Shown: positions 26,901-40,177 of the stretch, piece after piece
Layout: each line of letters starts with the position of its first letter
Numbering within the stretch: position 1 is the stretch's first letter
NCBI RefSeq assembly: GCF_000143415.4
Contig: NW_003314319.1
Location: 68,954 to 132,953, forward strand
DNA from: Selaginella moellendorffii
Taxonomy: Eukaryota > Plantae > Lycopodiophyta
Reading direction: 5' to 3'
Length of the DNA: 64,000 nt
Position numbers and translations under genes: made by a program
Notes under the pieces: generated by a model
What the model was told of the DNA's origin: nothing
The model's database searches: none
Seen by the model: the letters and a program-made list of their open reading frames with translations, nothing else

Positions 26901-27446
26901 ATGGCTCAAAGGAGAGCCATTGCTACTCGTACTTGGCCCCCCAACATTTCATATCAATCTCCACCTCCATCCCCAAGTTCTACCAACATTCCACTTTCAC
27001 CTCCACATAACAATCCTTTTTTTGCTGAGGGCTCTAGTGAAGCTGAACTAGAGCTCCCTATATGTGAAATTCTGAATCTTACTACTAAAGAGGGATTGCC
27101 TCCAGCACTTCAAAAGCAATGCCACATGTTTTTGCAAGATCTTGCTCCTAACATGGCAAGACTATTTGAAAGCACAGAACACTATTACATTCAGTGTCCA
27201 ATATACTACTTTTTTTTGGACAAGACAAATGGCTCTATGGGTTTACAAACTTTTCTTGAGCACTGTAGGAATTGCCCAACGACAGGTCTGGAAAATATGC
27301 ACATGTGGATGTACAATAGATTCAAGAATGAGTTACGGACACATACCCATTATCGCTTTATGGTGAGGAACAACATCCCCTTGGGAAACACTACATCAGT
27401 TAGTGCAAAATATGGGGTTTTTAGGCCACCCTATAGTGGAATGTAA
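26901..27446 (+). CDS. MULE accessory ORF, 181 aa, unknown function
   Basis: Uninterrupted ATG-initiated ORF in AT-rich surroundings: Pro-rich N-terminus, then a globular-looking region with CxxC. Confidence 0.45.
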   Translation: MAQRRAIATRTWPPNISYQSPPPSPSSTNIPLSPPHNNPFFAEGSSEAELELPICEILNLTTKEGLPPALQKQCHMFLQDLAPNMARLFESTEHYYIQCPIYYFFLDKTNGSMGLQTFLEHCRNCPTTGLENMHMWMYNRFKNELRTHTHYRFMVRNNIPLGNTTSVSAKYGVFRPPYSGM

Positions 27447-30400
27447 AATCTAGAATTACTTTACTATATTATAGTATTGTCACTATTAAAAGAAAAATAT
27501 AATAAAATGATATTAGTTGTAGGTAACATGCCTTGTTCTAGAAGGTGCTATCATATCACATATAATTGTTTACAAAATGTTGAATGAGGAGATGGCAACA
27601 CACAAGTGTTACAAAGTGATGGTGACAGGTGAGAATGATAATTTACAATTATGATATCTGACATTGACACTGACATCTGACAATTTTACTGACATCTGAC
27701 ACTTTCACTAACATCTAACATATAACAAGTTTTCTATTTTATATAAGGATGCAATTAACTTTCTTCTGCCTCATCATCAACATAATGATTTCTTTTATAC
27801 TTCCTCCTATATTGGTATTGTGGGGAAGATTCACCTTGCATATATTGAGCCATGGCTTCTGCATAGTTAGGGAGATTTCCAAAGCCTCCAATTCTAAAAA
27901 CTCTAGGTGACTGTGATCTATAAATTAGAATTAAACATATATTGAAATTTTAATAAACATAATTTACCTCCTTGAGGTTCGAGGCAACTCACGAAATCCT
28001 CTAAACTGGCGTTTGAAGAAATGATGTTCTTCAATAGCAAACACCAACCTACCAGAGTCACATGCTGCCTCTACCATAGAACCACTACCTACTGTGCAAT
28101 CAATCACAACACCATCTGGTGGGCAATAGAGTTCAAGCAAGACTTGCATTGCCGATGGAGTTCGAAATCGGTACCCTGGAAATGTGTTGCGGATTTGCTC
28201 ATCCACAAGGTTGGGTATGATGTTAGTGGAATTGTCGTACCCAGGCAAAGCACGTGTTGCACCTTCGCTATCACGAAACCCATCATGTGTATTTTTGCAG
28301 AAGGCATGATAGGTCCACATCAGAACCTGGAAAATAAAAATGTTTAAAAGTTAGATAAAAATATAAAATACATACTCACCTTTTCAGGCTTCCCTTGGAC
28401 ACCCCTCGTATCAACACTAATAGGATCCATGATGCACCCGGAAGAGAATGACTTGAAATGAACTTCTGTTGCGCACGTCATAAGCTCATACATCCAATTG
28501 GGGTCATTCAATAGGATGAAGACGACATGGCCAGCTTCAAGCATAAGTGCTTTGGACAATAGGAATGCATCGCGTATGTGGTCAGGTGTAAGAAAGTTCC
28601 AATCCTCAACTTTCCCATTGATATCTGAAAGACCATCTGGAAAGTCAAAGAGAATGAAGTCCGCAACTGGGAGCAAGGGCCTTTGTATCTTTCGGCACCA
28701 ATGGTTGAACTGACGCTGTACATCCATGTTGATGTCATCTTCCATGAAAGATGTCAACAATCTACTGTAAGAGCCAATGAAGATACCCACAATGCCTCAT
28801 TATGTTATTGGGGACACAGGATGGACCTATAAAAGAGCTAAGTGAATGAAAAAAACAATAAATAGTATGCTACCATCATATGGCGTGTTATCAATGAGAG
28901 TTCCTCCAACTCCTCTTCACGAGCATCTTGTCAAGCTGGAATGAAATTACTACCAACAGTCATTGCTACAAAAAACATGTATTACCACCTTTAGTTTGTA
29001 AAATTCACTTTTGCTTACCTCAAGGTCGACGTGATATTATGTGAACCACTTGATCATCGTTATTTACTGGTAGAACCTGATCCGGATCTTGGTTGTTTGA
29101 TGGTTGAACTGGAGTATGATCCTGGCTGTCTGGTGGTGGAACACGAACTTGATCTGGAGCTTCCTCATCCTCGTCTCCATCGTCACTTGCATTGCCATTG
29201 TTGCTAGCATTGACAACTTCCTCGCGATCTAGTGTAGAGGTCTCCTTCTCTAGGAGCTCCAACTCCCAAGGGCATTCTATCTTTTGTGCCTTTGGAACTC
29301 TCACAAACATTGTTAGGTACATTCCTCCATCCCTTACACCCTTTGCAACAAGTCGAGTGCAAACTGGTACCTCAAATGGCATGCCTCTATATTGAAGATA
29401 CCTGTAAACAATATATATTAAAAAACAATCTTAGAAATCATATTATACCTATAAGCTGCACGTCACATGAAATAAGGTTGACCATGTTGGCAATCATAAG
29501 TTGTTATGCTTGTAGACTTCTCTAGCAGCCACCCCTCTTCAATCCCTTCCAATGACGTGTTGATGTAGGTGTCGAAAGACATGAATGTGCCATCTAGATC
29601 ATCACCAATGTGTGGTGCCAAGAACTTCTCACCTTCACTTATAGTTTGTGTGATGTAGACAGCCCTTCTCATCATGTTCTCAAATAGTTCTAGCAGTCCT
29701 TTCTCTCTGTTCATCAAGCAGACATTGAGGAACTCCAGAGTCTCTATCTATTGCTTATATGGAAGTTTCGATTTTGCGATATTGTAAATCATGTCATTTG
29801 GAGTTTTGTTCACTGCAAAAGTAACATATGCATAATTGAGAAAAATGAAGTGAGATAAGAAACTTACATTCATGAGAAGAAATTTCAGCTATAGTCTCTA
29901 GCCACTCCTTCGGCCTGCGATTGTTTGCTATGCATACTAATTTCTTCAACTTTGAGGACTTTGCATGCTGAATCTTGTGCTCAATTTGAACGAACTCAGC
30001 TAAGAGCTCTTCCCGACTCTTCTCTGGATATGCAAGTTTGTAAGCATCTTGCTTGACCTTCACTAAAGGCTAAAAACCAAAACAATTAAAAAAGGCTTTT
30101 ATAAAATAAAAGGGAAAGACATACCTTACACCACACGAGCATAAAATTGATTGGGTTGTTGAACCAAGTTGTACCGTCATTTCGAGTGTGAACAAGTGTT
30201 GCGAGATCATCACCATAATGTTGGCGGATGTCATCCTCACTCAAGTCTACCAAAAATCAAAGTTGCTCGATATCATGGATAAGGTTTTGTTTTTGAACAG
30301 CGAATTGCCCAAGCCTACATTTAAACACAACAAAACAAGTTAAAGTGGAGTTAGAGGTAAACTATAAAACTTACACATTGATCTTTTAGTAGGCCAAGAT

Positions 30401-31044
30401 AAGTTTGTTGACATCCAAAGGTCCCCTCGCGTAGACATGGCCGATTGGAACGTTAATATGGTAGACGGGATCATCACGAAAATGATCGTCGATACACTTC
30501 ATCCAAGCTCCATATCGGTGGTTACCGTCAATAATTTGGAACATTGTCCCCGCAAACTGTTAAGTCTCAAGATGTCTGATAAGCATGTCATCAAATTTTA
30601 AGGACTTCCTCCTCCAAATAGGATCCCAGCTATTTACAATCTCGGGTGTGATGGTAATGATCTCCGTTGTTCCTGGCTTGCAAAAAGAGACTAGAAACAT
30701 ACCGATGTTTGTTGCAAGGCCATTTTGTTTGAACAAGCTGTATATATCCAAGTTGACATACTTGGATGCTGTGCGGACAAGGTTCGTCTGTTGCAAATGG
30801 CAAAGTGGGATTTCTCTGATCAAGTCACAAGGGCCTGGCCACTTGAGTGCCTCAAGTGTTTCGTGAACTACTTTTTCCCTTGTCCGCATAACAGTCTCTT
30901 GGAAGCGCTTGTCCACCACGTTGTCAGGAAGGTCTGCAACTCTTTCAGCTCTAGGCTGTTCCTCAAGTTCCCTATCTTGAACACCACTAGATTGCCCAAC
31001 TTCAGGGATTTACATTAGTGGTGGGCCAGTGAGGAGTAAAGTTG

Positions 31045-31225
31045 GAGGTGGCAGTGGTGATGGTGATGGTGGTGGTGGTGGCGGTGGCGGCGGGGGCGGA
31101 GGCAATAGTGGCAATGGTGGTGGTGGCGGTGGCGATAGCGGTGGTGGAGGTGGTGATGGAGGTGGTGGAGGTGGCAATGGCGATGGTGGAGGTGGTGATG
31201 GTGGAGGTGATGGTGGTGGAGGCGG
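31045..31225 (-). repeat. (CCN)n microsatellite encoding a polyproline tract in the MULE cargo gene
   Basis: GGT/GGC/GGA runs on the + strand. The poly-Pro frame is continuous with the ParB-like frame. Confidence 0.85.
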
Positions 31226-31450
31226 TGAATCTCTAAGTAGATGTGTCTCTGTTGTGCCAATGGACATGTCGATTGTGATGTCGTTGTCAGTGCCGAATTG
31301 AACTTCTCATGTCTTTTTGGCTCCAACAACCTTTTTATGTGTTACAATTTTCCTTTTCTACAAGTGAAAAAATTTTGTTAGTCAAACTAAATAAAGATAA
31401 TAAGAAATTCGAACAGTCAAAGAGAAAAAAATCAAGTGGGCCTAGACTCC

Positions 31451-31695
31451 ACTTCGGGCACTTTGGTTGCCCAGGGGGCTAAGGTTATTCAAATAACCTC
31501 GGCCCCTCCGGCCCCTAAAGTGCCCGAAGTCAAGCTCAGGCTAGCCACCTCAGGCACTTTGGTGGCCGCCAACCCCCTGGGCAGCCAAAGTGCCCGAGGT
31601 GGCCGGCCCGAGTTTGACCTTGGGCAGTTTTGCGGGCCGAGGGGCCGAGGTTATTCAAATAACCTTGGCCCCTCGGCCTGCAAAACTACCCAAGG
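31451..31695. repeat. Three tandem GC-rich hairpins inside intron 1 of the MULE cargo gene
   Basis: Inverted repeats at 31451-31530, 31529-31618 and 31618-31695. The last has 35/38 paired arms around GGTTATT-CA-AATAACC. Confidence 0.85.
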
Positions 31696-32915
31696 TGGCC
31701 GGCCCTAAAGAAGCAATCAAGAAAAAAACCAAAGGAAAAAAATGGAAGTGGAAGCAATCAAATTGAAACTCACCCTTGGTGGCATCTTTCCTTCCCGATT
31801 TCTTAATCGTGTTAGATTTCTTGTGTGCTCAATCTCTTCCGCTGGCACGCTCAATCTCTCCCGCTCATACGCTCAATCTCTCCCGCTCGTGCGCTCAATC
31901 TCTCCCACTCGCGTGCTCAATCTCTCCATCTCTTGCGTGCTCAATCGCTCGATCTCATTCACGCTCAATCCCTCGATCTCCTTCGTGCTCAATCTCTCAA
32001 TCTCTCGCGCGCTCCACTCACAATGCGAACAGTAACCTAATCTTGGCGGCTACCCTAACCCTAATCCTGACGGCTGCCCTAACCCTAACCAATCTCTCAT
32101 CCTGAGTGTTCATTCCAAATAACCTAGATCTCAACCATCACAATATCTTTGATCTTATTTTATCTTATCATTATTATTATATGTAAATTATGCTTCTTTA
32201 TTTTGTATATTTTAATGATGATATAACTAGCACCTATCAACATTTTTGTTATTAGAGATATGATATTATATTTTATAAATTATCTAGAAAGGATGCATTC
32301 TCATCAATATTTTGTACATATTTTAGAATCGTTATAAGAACTTTAAAGAGTATAAATAAGGCACGTTAAAATGTGTTGTACTATATCCATCTATGAATGG
32401 ATGAATCCTCATCCAGAAATTTATTTTGTGTTGTATTAGATCCTAAACAATAGGCACGTGCTTTAAATGTCATTGAGCAATGTTCACAATTATGGATAAA
32501 ACTTGAGTTGTACTACGAATCAAATCTGTCAATAAAGAATAAGATTTGACAAGATTTATTATCAAGATTTATTATCATCTACCACTTAAAATTTGACAAC
32601 TTGACATATCACACGTACTGATAGTCAAATTGGATCTCTTTTTTTGATACGCTATAGCAGAATGTCACATTATTAACTATCAAACTTCACGTGTTGAAAA
32701 TCTTTCCTTGGATCTATGTGTATACATGCATCAAACATCATAATAGATGACAGTAATATTAATACTATCACACTTGAACATGTTAAATTTGCTATAGAAT
32801 TTAAATTCATTTTGTACGTTGTCTTCTTATTACTTTATTTAAATTTCAATTATGTTTCAATATGGATTTTTACAAATAGCATAAAGAGAGAGAACTCCAA
32901 AACCTATTGAGAAGG

Positions 32916-35900
32916 ATGAAAAGGTTTCTTTTTCATTTTCGAGATCACCCACCTCAGAGTATTGTTTCTGAAAGTTTTTTATGTCAGCATTTTGATCTTC
33001 GTCTTGGCTCTATTTCTTTAGAGGCTATAATTCGCAATGACACTGGTTTAGTTGCATACTCAGAATTTCTTCTTTCTGGTGTGGGTGAGGGTGGACAACA
33101 ATGGGATTTACAGAATTCCAAGTCGAAGGAGATTCAAGTGTTTGGATCTCCAGTCAAAATACCAAAATGCGCTCCAACCAAAGTGAATGTGAAGCAAAAG
33201 TCAGTTGTTATCCTCTTGTCCTCTTCTAGTTCAAGTGGAGAAGTTATGCTAGTGTCGGCGCCGAATTCACCAACTCCAGCTCCAGCTCCAACTTCAGCAA
33301 TATTCAAAGCCGTTAGCAATGCTTTTCAATTTTCACGCCTCTCAATCGACGTGCACTTGTTTTTGTATAGGCTTGTTAGTGAGTTTCCATCCTCCTACAA
33401 TGGTAACATTTTCTTTGAGCTACCACCTCTTGTCAATAGCACAGGTTCCAAACGGAAGGGGATGGAAACCAAGCAGGATGTCCACAATTGGTGCAAGATC
33501 AAAACTACACACTTCCAACATTTTGAAGTCACAGTGTCTATAGTTCATTGTGGCGGGCATTTAGATTGTGTGGATGAAGTATGCAATCGAGACCGCTATA
33601 GAAACTTTATATTTTTCAAAGGGTTTGCAATCAATCCTCTAGCCTGTGACACCATTGCTGTTGGATTCAAGTGTCGATTCTGCAAAAATGCTCCTCTACG
33701 TCGTGCTATTTGCGAGGCCAAGATGTACTACTTTCTTCCACGGGATGGAATGGCTGGAAGAGTTGTAGTGCATGTTGGCACATATATGCATCCAATGCAG
33801 GAAGGGATACAAAGGAGTTCTTTCAACCGTTTCAAAGATGTTGTGCAGTAAAAGACTATGAGAAACTCATCTACAACTCCGAAACATATTTAGAAGACAG
33901 TCCTCAAGGATTTTATCACAAACACCTTACTCATTCCAGGTTGCCAAAAGACTCAACTTAACGAGGTTAGCTTGCAGGACTTACTACAAGGAGTACAACC
34001 TACTACTAGCCTAAGGAGGTACATCTATTATATTTCATATGTTATAATAATAATTTTTTCTTATATTATATTGTTTAGGATAAAATCTTGGATGTGTGAA
34101 TCTCGAGAGGGGAAGTTGCAATCAAAAAATTGACTCCATCCTTGAATTAAAACGGACCTGTCCATACGAGTTCATCCACGGAAGTTTGTTTCCAGACCAA
34201 GTTGTGAATAAGCAAGAGCGCCCCTTCGTCTTCAAAATGTCTACCATGGGCCCTGCCTTTGGTTTAGATCTTGTCTCCTGAATGGACATGTTTGGGTCCA
34301 GTGACCTTGCAAATGCATGGGAACATTTTGACCATATGGAGCACGTATCGGGTTGGACAACCATGGGAGCTCATGTATATGATCCAAGGTAATTTTTATT
34401 CTTATTATATTGAAATTGTTGTAATATTTATGTTTTCATAGGCTGCGTTGGAACTTAACAATTGCGACAACAGAATTTAAAGTACAAGACCAGACAGCAC
34501 AGGAAATATTTTGGAAGTCCCTCTCCGATATTGTCCTAAAGCGGACTAATAAGCTTGCAAACTTTCGCGGTTTCATGGTAGATGGGGCTGGTGCAAACTG
34601 GAATGGTGTCCGAGCAGTTTTTGGGAATGGTCAGCTATTGGAAGGTCATGAGAGGACTTGTGAGTTCCATTGGGCTCAAAGCCTAAACCAGCACTACCAC
34701 TTTATCAAGCCACAGTTTTAATCAATATTTAAGGAGTTGTGCAAACAATGGCAAGTTGCACTTTCTGAAGAAGAACATGAGGCAAAAGCAAACGAGATTC
34801 GAATGTGGTATCGTGAAGATGGCCATACAAACGTAAATTGCCTACCACAACTTGAGTCATGGTTAGCGTGGTGGGAAGTTAGGATGTTCCAGTGGGGACA
34901 TCACTCTTTTCAGGTTGGTTTCTATTTTTTCTTCTCTTTTTATTACTTTTTAATATTGCATTTTCCATTAGGATCAACCACTTGAGGACCTCGCATACAC
35001 CCCAACTGTGAATCTCTCTGAAAGTAAGCACTAGAGTTGGCGTTCCTCTGAGGCAGGGAAAGGGAAAATGAGTCTATACGAAGCTTGTCTATCAGATTTG
35101 ATACATGCTATAGAGCAATCTTCAAAAGCACTGGCATTCAAGGAAGGAAGATACATGGGAACAAGGCCTTCTGTTGAGATGTTACATGATAGGATGAAGA
35201 GAAAATTAACTCCACCCGCCTGAACAGTGGCAACTGCAATTGAGGAGGTGGTCCGTGGCACATCTATGGAGTATACTCCCCGAACTTCTATTGGTGATAT
35301 GAAGACTGTCCGCTCAAAGTATCGTTTTTTCTTTGCTGGGGAAGATGTTGGTACGGACCTTGGAGCGAAAAGCTCTCACAGGCCTGATATCAAGTACCAT
35401 TTTGCTCCAAGACACCGCTCTTGAACTGAGCCACCTCAAGTGGCTGATGAAGAGAGTGCATCACAACAGGTTGAAATTGCTTACCATAGCGTGGAGCTGA
35501 GGCAATGGGCAATCCGACGCGTGCTAGCAAAATCGAATGTAAGGTGTGTGGGGATGCTTCCGAGGGGCAAGTGTTAGGCCTGGATTCATGGTGACAAATC
35601 TGCTTCTGTTCTAGCCCCATGCTTCTATGGGGAACGAAAGCAAGCAGGATTTTCGAGATAGTGCTGGCTATATTGTTGCAACATCGACGCTAACCATATG
35701 AAGCGGCTTGAAGACACTATAGTGACTAAACCTGATGCAGTACCTAAAGAATGGCCAATTGCTAATGGGGTCGTGCTCACCTCAAAGGAGATTGAAAACC
35801 TTGAGAAATCTGGTTTCAATCTTTGAGAGGAGAGTTGGAGATATGAGTGACAGAACTAGGACTATTCCTACAGAGATGCATAGAAGGCCAGCACGAAAAG

Positions 35901-36250
35901 GTAAGGCAGTTAAATTTATTGGTACCGTCTCCAAGTAGAAGCAAGGTAAAATAAACTTGGCTCAAACACTTGAGTGTGAGATTCTCTCCACAAAGTACAT
36001 CACTGCGCTTGCAAAGGAGTACATAGTCAAAACAAAAGGTGGAGAGTACACAATTGCCATTCACAATTTTCCTTCTTGCACATGTTCAGACTTTACGAAG
36101 CACGAGGAACATGGGAAGGCATATGCTCCTTGCAAGCATATGTACTACATCTTCATCAACATCTTACACTAGGATCCTAAAGTGGATATTCATATACACC
36201 AAGCAAGTCTTACTATTGCTGAGTTGCAGAAAACTTTTGGAGCTAATTAG
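32916..36250 (+). pseudogene. MULE transposase: GCM/WRKY-like Zn domain, DDE core and SWIM finger; spliced, with multiple stops
   Basis: HCGGHLDC...KCRFC...CEAKMYY...VHVGTYMHP; FMVDGAGANWNGVRAVFG; RTCEFHWAQSL (CxxH); TVNLSESKH; SWIM CTCSDF...PCKHMYY. Short AT-rich introns near 34019, 34389 and 34913. Confidence 0.85.
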
Positions 36251-36341
36251 ATTTCTCCAACACTATCGATGTTTATTCTCTATCAATAAAACTTATTATA
36301 CTTTATATAATTAATAAAAATGTGCTTTTTGATTTCACTTT

Positions 36342-36734
36342 TCATTTTATATGCTTCTGAGTGTTCTTTTCGCAATACTGCCCATAGTACTCGTGTGTCT
36401 CCATTTCTGTCTTTACCATCTCAAAAAAGATTTCATGGTAGTCTTTCGGGTGCGTGATATTGCAGTGTGTTGCGAGAGCATATATACCATCATATTGATC
36501 ATTGTCATTATTTCCATCAGACGCTAGAAAACATATGGGGCATTTCTTAAAAGTGGCAGAATTGCACTCAATTAGTAAAAGGGCATTCTTTTTCACCTAA
36601 TTTGTTGCACCCTCTGTCATTGCATTTATCTCCAACTCATTATCACTATCCTCACTATCCTCTCTTTCATTCTCTTGTGTGGTTTGGTTATGTTGTGCAA
36701 TGGGATAGTTATTGCATCTCCTAGCCCTTGAACC
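36342..36734 (-). pseudogene. Further MULE accessory exon (acidic tract plus CPIC...H...H Zn-finger-like), disrupted by copy Z
   Basis: The frame GSRARRC...EREDSEDSDNE...N*VKKNALL...CPICF...THCNITH is continuous apart from one TAG. It begins right after the CCAG at the insertion site. Confidence 0.45.
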
Positions 36735-36866
36735 CTGGAAGCTTTATTTCGTTAAAGTGGGATTTATTCAGTAAAATGGGACTAGGTACAAATTTTCAAG
36801 TATTTGAAAATGACGTGAAATTATATGTTTTTTGTCCAGGGGCTAGACATATCTGGGGCATGGTGA

Positions 36867-37945
36867 CTAGCGCGGTGACTTTGTGTCCAGACTGAGTCCA
36901 TCTGGTTGTATAATAAATCTCATTGTCAAGGTGAACAAGCCGAATCTGAAGCTGGAGTACTTTCCTATACTCACATCCCTGAACCTATTGCTCCACAATC
37001 TACTAAATCTAGATTGGCTCAGCTTCTTGTAGCCATTACTCTGGAGTTCCCGATTCACATCTTCCAATGTGGCCCCCTTGGTATACATGGAAGGGAGAAC
37101 TCGTTGGGTGTCTCGAGTTCCATCTTCCAAGAGGCGGGTTTTATGTGGTTGCTGCTCGCTACATGTCTCGACAAACCTCTTGAAGATTGCCTCTCCATAT
37201 ACAACATGACCTCTGGTTTTGTGAGTACCGTCGTTCCCATGGACTGCCTGTTGAACCCTTTGTTCCTCGAACTCAATTTTGATTCTATAGAATGTGGTTC
37301 GAGGGACTCCATAAATGATTCTCCATGCCTTCATGCAGACCAAACCCCTCTGGAAGACCATGCCCCCCACCTGATGTTCTGAAGCATCAACAGATGACCG
37401 TAATGCCTCATACACAAAATTGCGAGCTGCCTTCCAAGACAATGTCTTGTATCTTGCTCTCTCCTCTTCAATAGCATCCCAATCAGCATGTTGACAGCAC
37501 CTCCTCTTGCAACAAGCAACTGTCGAGACCATTCGAACCTCCATCGCCATTTTCTGCCTTTTCGGTTCGTTACTCAGATCCCTTTGGCTGTGCTTTAGGA
37601 AGGTGTACTTTCTTTCCCATGAAGAGATGTTCTGTCATCAGTTGTAGTGGTGTTTGATTGTGAATCCTTCACATTCTCAAACACTAAGTGCCTCAATTTC
37701 CACCGCACAATGCTTCCAATAGTCAGACTGTTTTCTTCTGTGTCAACAACCTCTAAAATCGCAACTCCAATATCATCCCAGCCCAATTCTTGATTAGCAA
37801 CCGCATCTCTTGGATCGACAACTGTGGCTAAGCCCTCAGCTACCACCTCCCCCTCGGGGTTGTTTAGAAACACCTTTGCCTGAATCCATGTAGCACGGTT
37901 CTTAAGATCCACGGAGGGAACATGCATCGTACTTGCGGAGGCCAT
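36867..37945 (-). pseudogene. Sola-like transposase N-terminal half; frameshifted and core-deleted
   Basis: Homologous to 8055-9134 with a frameshift near 37610. Same deletion junction (36953). Confidence 0.75.
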
Positions 37946-40177
37946 TCTGAAAGTGCAGAAAAGAAGTTAAGACCATACAAAAAATGATTGGAGAATGGCC
38001 TAAATCATAACATACCAAACAACCTCAATAGCATGAGGCCACATGCCATTATTCAAACATGCTATTGACACCCATGTGAAATTTCGCATTCACAAAATTG
38101 GCATGAGGCCTCATGCCATCTTGATAAACACACAACTACAGGCAGGCAAAGAAACTATTGGCAATATGCTAGTGATAAACTTGCAAGCCCCAAGATGGCA
38201 TGAGCCCTCATACCATTAGTGGTATCGTAGCGCCGCTCGCACCACCGCAACTGCTCATAGCGCCGCTCGCACAAACTGCCACTCGCATAAACTGCCGTTC
38301 GCAATGGCGCTCGCAATGCCGCAACCACTCGTAGACACATAAACCACAGCTCACAACGCCGCTTACACAAGCAGCGCTCACTGCGCTCAGTGGAACCAAG
38401 AACATGGCGCACAAAAATGATAGACCTAGGAATGAGTTCGAGAATTCAAAAATAGCACACGCTTGAACGTCATATCAAATCCTCTGACAAACCAGATCAT
38501 ATGATTCCTCTGACAAATTTCAAACTGAGTAGCTTCTAGACTTTGCTGTCGGACGTTGAACTTTGTCACATCATGTCCTTGCCTCGATCCAGCTGTGCCA
38601 TATCAGTGATTCGAACTTTGCCATGCCATGTCAGCGATCCGCGCCAAGATTATTCGCTGTGTAAAGGAATAATTATGCTGTGTATGTACATCCATTTATG
38701 GCAATATAAGGCCACACGCCATTCAAAGAATAATGCTAGTCGAGCATTTTTTGGTGCATTTTTGGGTTCAAAATTGCATGAGCCCACACGCTATAATGTA
38801 CCAAAAATAGAAACAGCTTTATTTACTTGGGAATTTAAGTGGTTGAGGCATTTTTAAACTTACAAACACATGCCCTACTTACATTCCTTTGGTTGCTTAA
38901 AATTCAAAAATATTATAAACCTTTCTTTTTGCATTTTCAATGTTTTCAATTATGGTTTTTGATTTTCGCAGGACCAACCTAGTAATCTATTTGCATCCCG
39001 TCATGTTTATAGCTAGCTTTCGTTTATCCCCTTCGCTAGCCTGAGATACATCTGCTCGGCATCTGCCTTTTACAGCATTTGCCCAGAAAGGGCATCTTTC
39101 TTCACGCAGCATTTGCCACATATTTAGGGAGGGTTTAGGGTTTAGCAATTCAGTAGCTTGATAAACATGCAAATACAGAACTTGATGCAAAATCCTTTGA
39201 TATGTCACAATGCCCCTAGGACCATAAACACATTTCAATAGAGAGAGTCCTTTCATTTCATAACTCCTTACGTAGATCTTGGTGAAACCAGCGTTAGTGA
39301 AGTTAGTTTCTTGTGATCCCGCATCTGATTATGATGTCCCTTTGCAGTGTCGATGGAAAGGTCAATGCACACCAAACTGTAGAATCTTGGAGCAAAATAA
39401 CAGTTGGATCTATGGCAAATGCCCCTGAAACATTGTAAGGCTCGTGTGGTTTCATGTGGTGTCTGATCGAGATGCTTCTTTGCAAGGTCATCAAGAAGGA
39501 CATTGTATACCATTCTTTATTTAGCTGAACATCTGGCATTTTTGGAAATACAAGATGCTTTGGAATATCCAATCATGCATGGTATAAATATAGCGAGGGT
39601 ATTAAATGATATCCCAATCATGATCTTTCTTTTGGATTTTGCGTGCATGCAGTCCGAGGAATGATGACGTTGCGGATTTCTTTTGGATTTCACGTGCATG
39701 CATGCGTGCGGCGATCCAGAAATTAATGGTGGCGCCCAAGTCCGAGGAATGATGACGTTGCGGGATTACCAACCGTCGTGACATTTCGCACATGTGAGGT
39801 TAGGTTTTGCATTTTGCTTCGTACTCGCGCTCGCATCGCGCTCCCACTCGCGATCACGCTCAGATTCGTGCTCATCTACCTTCTCTACAGGTTTCTCGTG
39901 TGCATCGGCGTCCACTCGCGCTTGCATCACACTCGCGCTTGCATCGCGCTCGTGTGCATCGGCGTCCACTTCAAGACACACTCAGTTTGTAACTTTGCCG
40001 CCAACTCCGCCGCCCACTCCGCCACCCACACGCAGCCCACTTGGCGTCCCGGGAAATTTCAGTGCCACTCTCCAACTGTAAGTGGCAGAGTAGCCTTGCT
40101 GCTACGATCTGCTGCACACACAGTGCACATTCGCCAGCGAGTCCGGCCTCGATTGTCACACCTCCATTCGGCTTCAA

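Larger units (their letters stand above)
27750..31785 (-). pseudogene. MULE cargo gene: poly-Pro, ParB/Srx-like domain, beta-class N4C/N6A DNA methyltransferase-like domain; spliced, with several in-frame stops
   Basis: Exon 1 MPPR (ATG 31785) is spliced to KRKIV...polyP...REIPLCHLQQTNLVR...MFQIIDGNHRYGAW (about 30505-30545). Later exons give ADFILFDFPDG (motif-IV position) and LLELYCPPDGVVIDCTVGSGSMVEAACDSGRLVFAIEE (motif-I region). 3' end approximate. Confidence 0.75.

Noticed and set aside
31015-31329. Gly-rich, His-rich and Val-rich ORFs
   Set aside because: Alternative frames of the poly-Pro microsatellite. Only the Pro frame links to the cargo gene.
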